From: Candidatus Cloacimonadota bacterium
Lineage (GTDB): Bacteria > Cloacimonadota > Cloacimonadia > G963667145
Reading direction: 5' to 3'
Length of the DNA stretch: 64,000 nucleotides
Assembly: GCA_963667255.1 (NCBI GenBank)
Contig: OY762940.1
Location: 736,001-800,000, forward strand
Shown: positions 61,385 through 64,000 of the stretch, one piece after another
Position numbering within the stretch: position 1 is the first letter of the stretch
How the letters are laid out: the number at the start of each line of letters is the position of its first letter
The notes under the pieces: generated by a model
What the model saw: the letters and a program-made list of their open reading frames with translations, nothing else
What the model was told of the DNA's origin: nothing
The model's database searches: none
Program-made: the position numbers and the translations under genes

Positions 61385-61794
61385 TGGGTCCCCGTTTTCA
61401 CAAGAACGAGGATTAGAAGAGCAAGAAGCAAATGCAAATAAGAGATAAAAAATAAAAATGAAAAATTGCGGAGCACTGTCGAGTTGGGAACTCGCCAGTG
61501 TTTTTTGTTCCGACACCGCCCTCATTCCCATACCACCACCTACATTCTTGCACCACCGTTCTCATTCCCGCTGTCTATCAAGCACAACTCTAATTTAGTT
61601 GCAATGTTGTTCTTGTGCTTGGAACGCGGGAATCCAGTCGGGATAGGTTGGGACACCAGCGGTTGCTTTTTCCCGTATGCATTCCCCTGACCACATAAAT
61701 GTAGTCTCAATTGATTAGCCGTATTTATGTGGTCAGGGGAACGAGTGCCAAAGGAACGGGCTTTTATAGTTAGTCTTTTCGACCTCCGAAAAGA
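61385..61794. repeat. Cluster of palindromic REP-like hairpins
   Basis: Hairpins at 61471-61503, 61564-61633, 61682-61741 (19-bp perfect stem) and 61774-61794, plus a half element at 61385-61401. Confidence 0.7.
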
Positions 61795-61869
61795 TGAACA
61801 AAATATTTTCCTTGACTTAAAATCCCCCGAATTTTGTATGCACTCACTCAAAGTTTTTGAGAGTTATAT

Positions 61870-61956
61870 GCCGAAGTGGTGAAATTGGTAGACGCAGTGG
61901 ACTCAAAATCCTCCGAGCATTTGCTCGTGCCGGTTCGATTCCGGCCTTCGGCACCA
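61870..61956 (+). tRNA. tRNA-Leu(CAA)
   Basis: GCCGAAG acceptor, anticodon loop CT-CAA-AA, long variable arm, CCA. Confidence 0.95.
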
Positions 61957-61965
61957 TTTTTTATT

Positions 61966-61992
61966 GCCTTCTTAGATGGAGGCTTTTTTTTT
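61966..61992 (+). terminator. Rho-independent terminator
   Basis: GCCTTC / GGAGGC stem followed by a T-run. Confidence 0.7.
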
Positions 61993-62037
61993 GGTCACAA
62001 AAAATTGGATTTAATTTAAAAATTTAGGAGCAGTGTT

Positions 62038-62607
62038 ATGGCATCTACTTCTGATATCCGTAATGGATTAATTATCAGATACAAAGACAAGTTGTGGGAA
62101 ATCGTTGAGTTTTTGCATGTGAAACCTGGAAAAGGTGGAGCTTTTGTGAGGACTAAACTGAAAAATGTGCAAACAGGACAAGTTGTGGAGAACACTTTTA
62201 GAGCGGGGGAGAAGCTTGACCCCGTAAGAGTAGAAGCACACAAATTGGACTATTTGTATAGCGATGAGGAGTTTTGCCATTTTATGAATAGCGAAACCTT
62301 CGAGCAGTTGGCTGTTCCCATCGAAACAATTGGCGATAACAAATATTATTTGTTGGAAGGGACGCAGGTCAAGATTAAGTTTGGTGAGAACGATATGAGT
62401 CTTGTTTTGGGCTTGGATTTGCCTACGAGTGTAAATCTCAAGATTGCTGAGTGTGAGCCGAATGTCAAAGGCAATTCCGCTTCCACGAGTTACAAAACCG
62501 GTAAGACTGAGACTGGGATGCCGATTTCTATTCCGTTCTTTATCGAAGAGGGCGACTTGGTTAAGGTTGATACTCGCACGGGTAAATACTTGGAAAGAAT
62601 CAAATAG
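62038..62607 (+). CDS. efp: Elongation factor P
   Basis: HVKPGKGGAFVRTKLKN, FRAGEK and VKVDTRTGKY. Confidence 0.96.
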   Translation: MASTSDIRNGLIIRYKDKLWEIVEFLHVKPGKGGAFVRTKLKNVQTGQVVENTFRAGEKLDPVRVEAHKLDYLYSDEEFCHFMNSETFEQLAVPIETIGDNKYYLLEGTQVKIKFGENDMSLVLGLDLPTSVNLKIAECEPNVKGNSASTSYKTGKTETGMPISIPFFIEEGDLVKVDTRTGKYLERIK

Positions 62608-62624
62608 AGTTATTGAAAATTTTC

Positions 62625-62659
62625 AGAGCCTTCTGCTTTGATGCGGGAGGCTTTTTTTG
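62625..62659 (+). terminator. Rho-independent terminator of efp
   Basis: AGAGCCTTCTGC / GCGGGAGGCTTT stem followed by a T-run. Confidence 0.8.
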
Positions 62660-62677
62660 TGGAGTTACCAAGGAAAA

Positions 62678-62754
62678 TGGTCGGGATGACAGGATTTGAA
62701 CCTGCGACCACATGAACCCCATTCATGTACGCTACCGGACTGCGCTACATCCCG
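62678..62754 (-). tRNA. tRNA-Pro(GGG)
   Basis: The minus strand reads CGGGATG...CATGA-AT-GGG-GT-TCATG...CATCCCGACCA. Confidence 0.95.
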
Positions 62755-62810
62755 ACTGTTAAAAATATGCTTTCGGGTTACGGAAATTTGGTCAAGATTT
62801 TTTTTCGATT

Positions 62811-64000
62811 TCAGGAAGGCAGATTTTGTAGCTTCTGGTTGAGCAGTATTTTCCCTTGCTTTATCCCTCTCTTGATTTGTCCCTCAATTTTTACGGGAGA
62901 GCCGTTGATTATTACCAAATCTAAATTCTTAACCTCTTTACCTTCATAGTCGATTTTGTCACTAAAGCTGACAAGGTCTGCGTAATATTTTTCTTTTATC
63001 AGTCCTCTTTTTTCTAAGCCGAAAATTTTTGCAGGGTATTCGCTCATTTTGTAGATTGCAGTTTCTAAAGGCAGTATTTTTTTCTGGAATACGGCTTGTT
63101 TCAGTATTCTGGGGAAAGTAACAAATCCGCGAGGGTGCGTGCTCAGAGGCAATGAGTCCGTAGAAAAAACACCCTTTGGGTGAACCAAAATTTTTTCGGC
63201 AACTTCTTCCGTGGAGAAGTAGTCTTTCATCAAAATGTGACCTTTCTCTTCAGCGAGGAGCAAGAGCATTGCCTCCAGAGGATTTTTGCCAAGGGGAATT
63301 TCGGTCAGATTTTTCCCGATGAGGTGTTTGTTTATTTCCAGAGAATCTATCAGAATATTTTTCGCTCCCAAAAATTTGTAGAGGTTGTCCCACGGCAAAG
63401 TGGAACTGTTTTTCTCGACGGTTTTTTGCACAAGTTCCCTGAAATCTTTGTCTTTCAATCTTTCGCAAGTTACTTCCAAGCCTCGTGCGTCCATTAGCTC
63501 GGGCGGAATCAGCGATGCCAAGAGTGTGCACCCGTTGTTGTAAAAGTAGGTGTCGAATGTTAGATTGTGCTTTTCGATGAGGGCAAAGATTTCGGGCAAA
63601 AATTTAGCGTGTTCATTGCCGATGATTTTTAGGTGAGAGATGTGCAATTGACAATGGGCTTGATTTGCCAACGATGCGATTTCGGTAAGAGCTTTCACGA
63701 TTTTGTCGCTTTCGCTTTTCATATGCACGCTGACGATGACATCATATTTTGCGGCGACTTCGAGCAGAGCTTTGACTTCGTTTTTGCGATAATATAGAGC
63801 CGGTAGGTAGATGAAGCCGAACGACAAAATTTTTATTCCTGCTCGAAATCCTACTTCTGCCAGTTCGCAAATATTTTTGATTTGTTCGTCAGTCAATGGC
63901 AGATTTTGGTCCCGGGTTTGCGTGTAGCGGAGAACGCCATGAGCTATGGACGGCACATTATTTATGGCAAGCCTATTTTTTTGCAGTGCCGACAAATATT
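62811..64000 (-). CDS. N-acyl-D-amino-acid deacylase / amidohydrolase family (5' end outside the window)
   Basis: HGVLR, IYLP, VHMKSE, HISHLK, HPRG..TFPR, K.S..PAK.FGL..RG.I....ADLV and NG. Confidence 0.85.
   Translation of the reverse strand, partial: YLSALQKNRLAINNVPSIAHGVLRYTQTRDQNLPLTDEQIKNICELAEVGFRAGIKILSFGFIYLPALYYRKNEVKALLEVAAKYDVIVSVHMKSESDKIVKALTEIASLANQAHCQLHISHLKIIGNEHAKFLPEIFALIEKHNLTFDTYFYNNGCTLLASLIPPELMDARGLEVTCERLKDKDFRELVQKTVEKNSSTLPWDNLYKFLGAKNILIDSLEINKHLIGKNLTEIPLGKNPLEAMLLLLAEEKGHILMKDYFSTEEVAEKILVHPKGVFSTDSLPLSTHPRGFVTFPRILKQAVFQKKILPLETAIYKMSEYPAKIFGLEKRGLIKEKYYADLVSFSDKIDYEGKEVKNLDLVIINGSPVKIEGQIKRGIKQGKILLNQKLQNLPS

Noticed and set aside
61385..61794. Possible CRISPR array or integron attC cluster
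   Set aside because: There are no regularly spaced identical direct repeats and no cas or intI genes, and the hairpins lack paired RYYYAAC/GTTRRRY boxes.
61259..61851. ORFs 61259-61531, 61466-61690 and 61540-61851
   Set aside because: They have no SD or protein motif and run through tRNA-Asn and the palindromic elements.

Overview
This 64 kb window is AT-rich, gene-dense chromosome from a diderm, probably anaerobic bacterium. It carries LPS heptose/Kdo genes, TolC/RND efflux and a class III ribonucleotide reductase. An FCB-group lineage such as Cloacimonadota is a guess, not something shown here. Most of the window is housekeeping: uvrB, uvrD, nrdDG, thrS, era, holB, efp, rlmH/N, dapD, six tRNAs and the SRP RNA. 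Six items stand out. (1) A well-formed TPP riboswitch with a terminator platform sits directly in front of a DNA-3-methyladenine glycosylase I gene. (2) A tandem array of paralogous large lipoproteins and outer-membrane beta-barrels is translationally coupled to kdsD and gmhA and is rich in D-(S/T)-hydrophobic O-glycosylation sequons. (3) Two 1111-bp copies of an IS256-type element with a Zn-ribbon transposase have 8-bp target duplications, and one splits a DUF1848 gene. (4) A cluster of different REP-like hairpins lies between divergent tRNA genes. (5) An ArsR-type redox/metal operon has a palindromic operator. (6) There is a probable ATT start codon. All calls come from reading the sequence by eye; no database searches were run.
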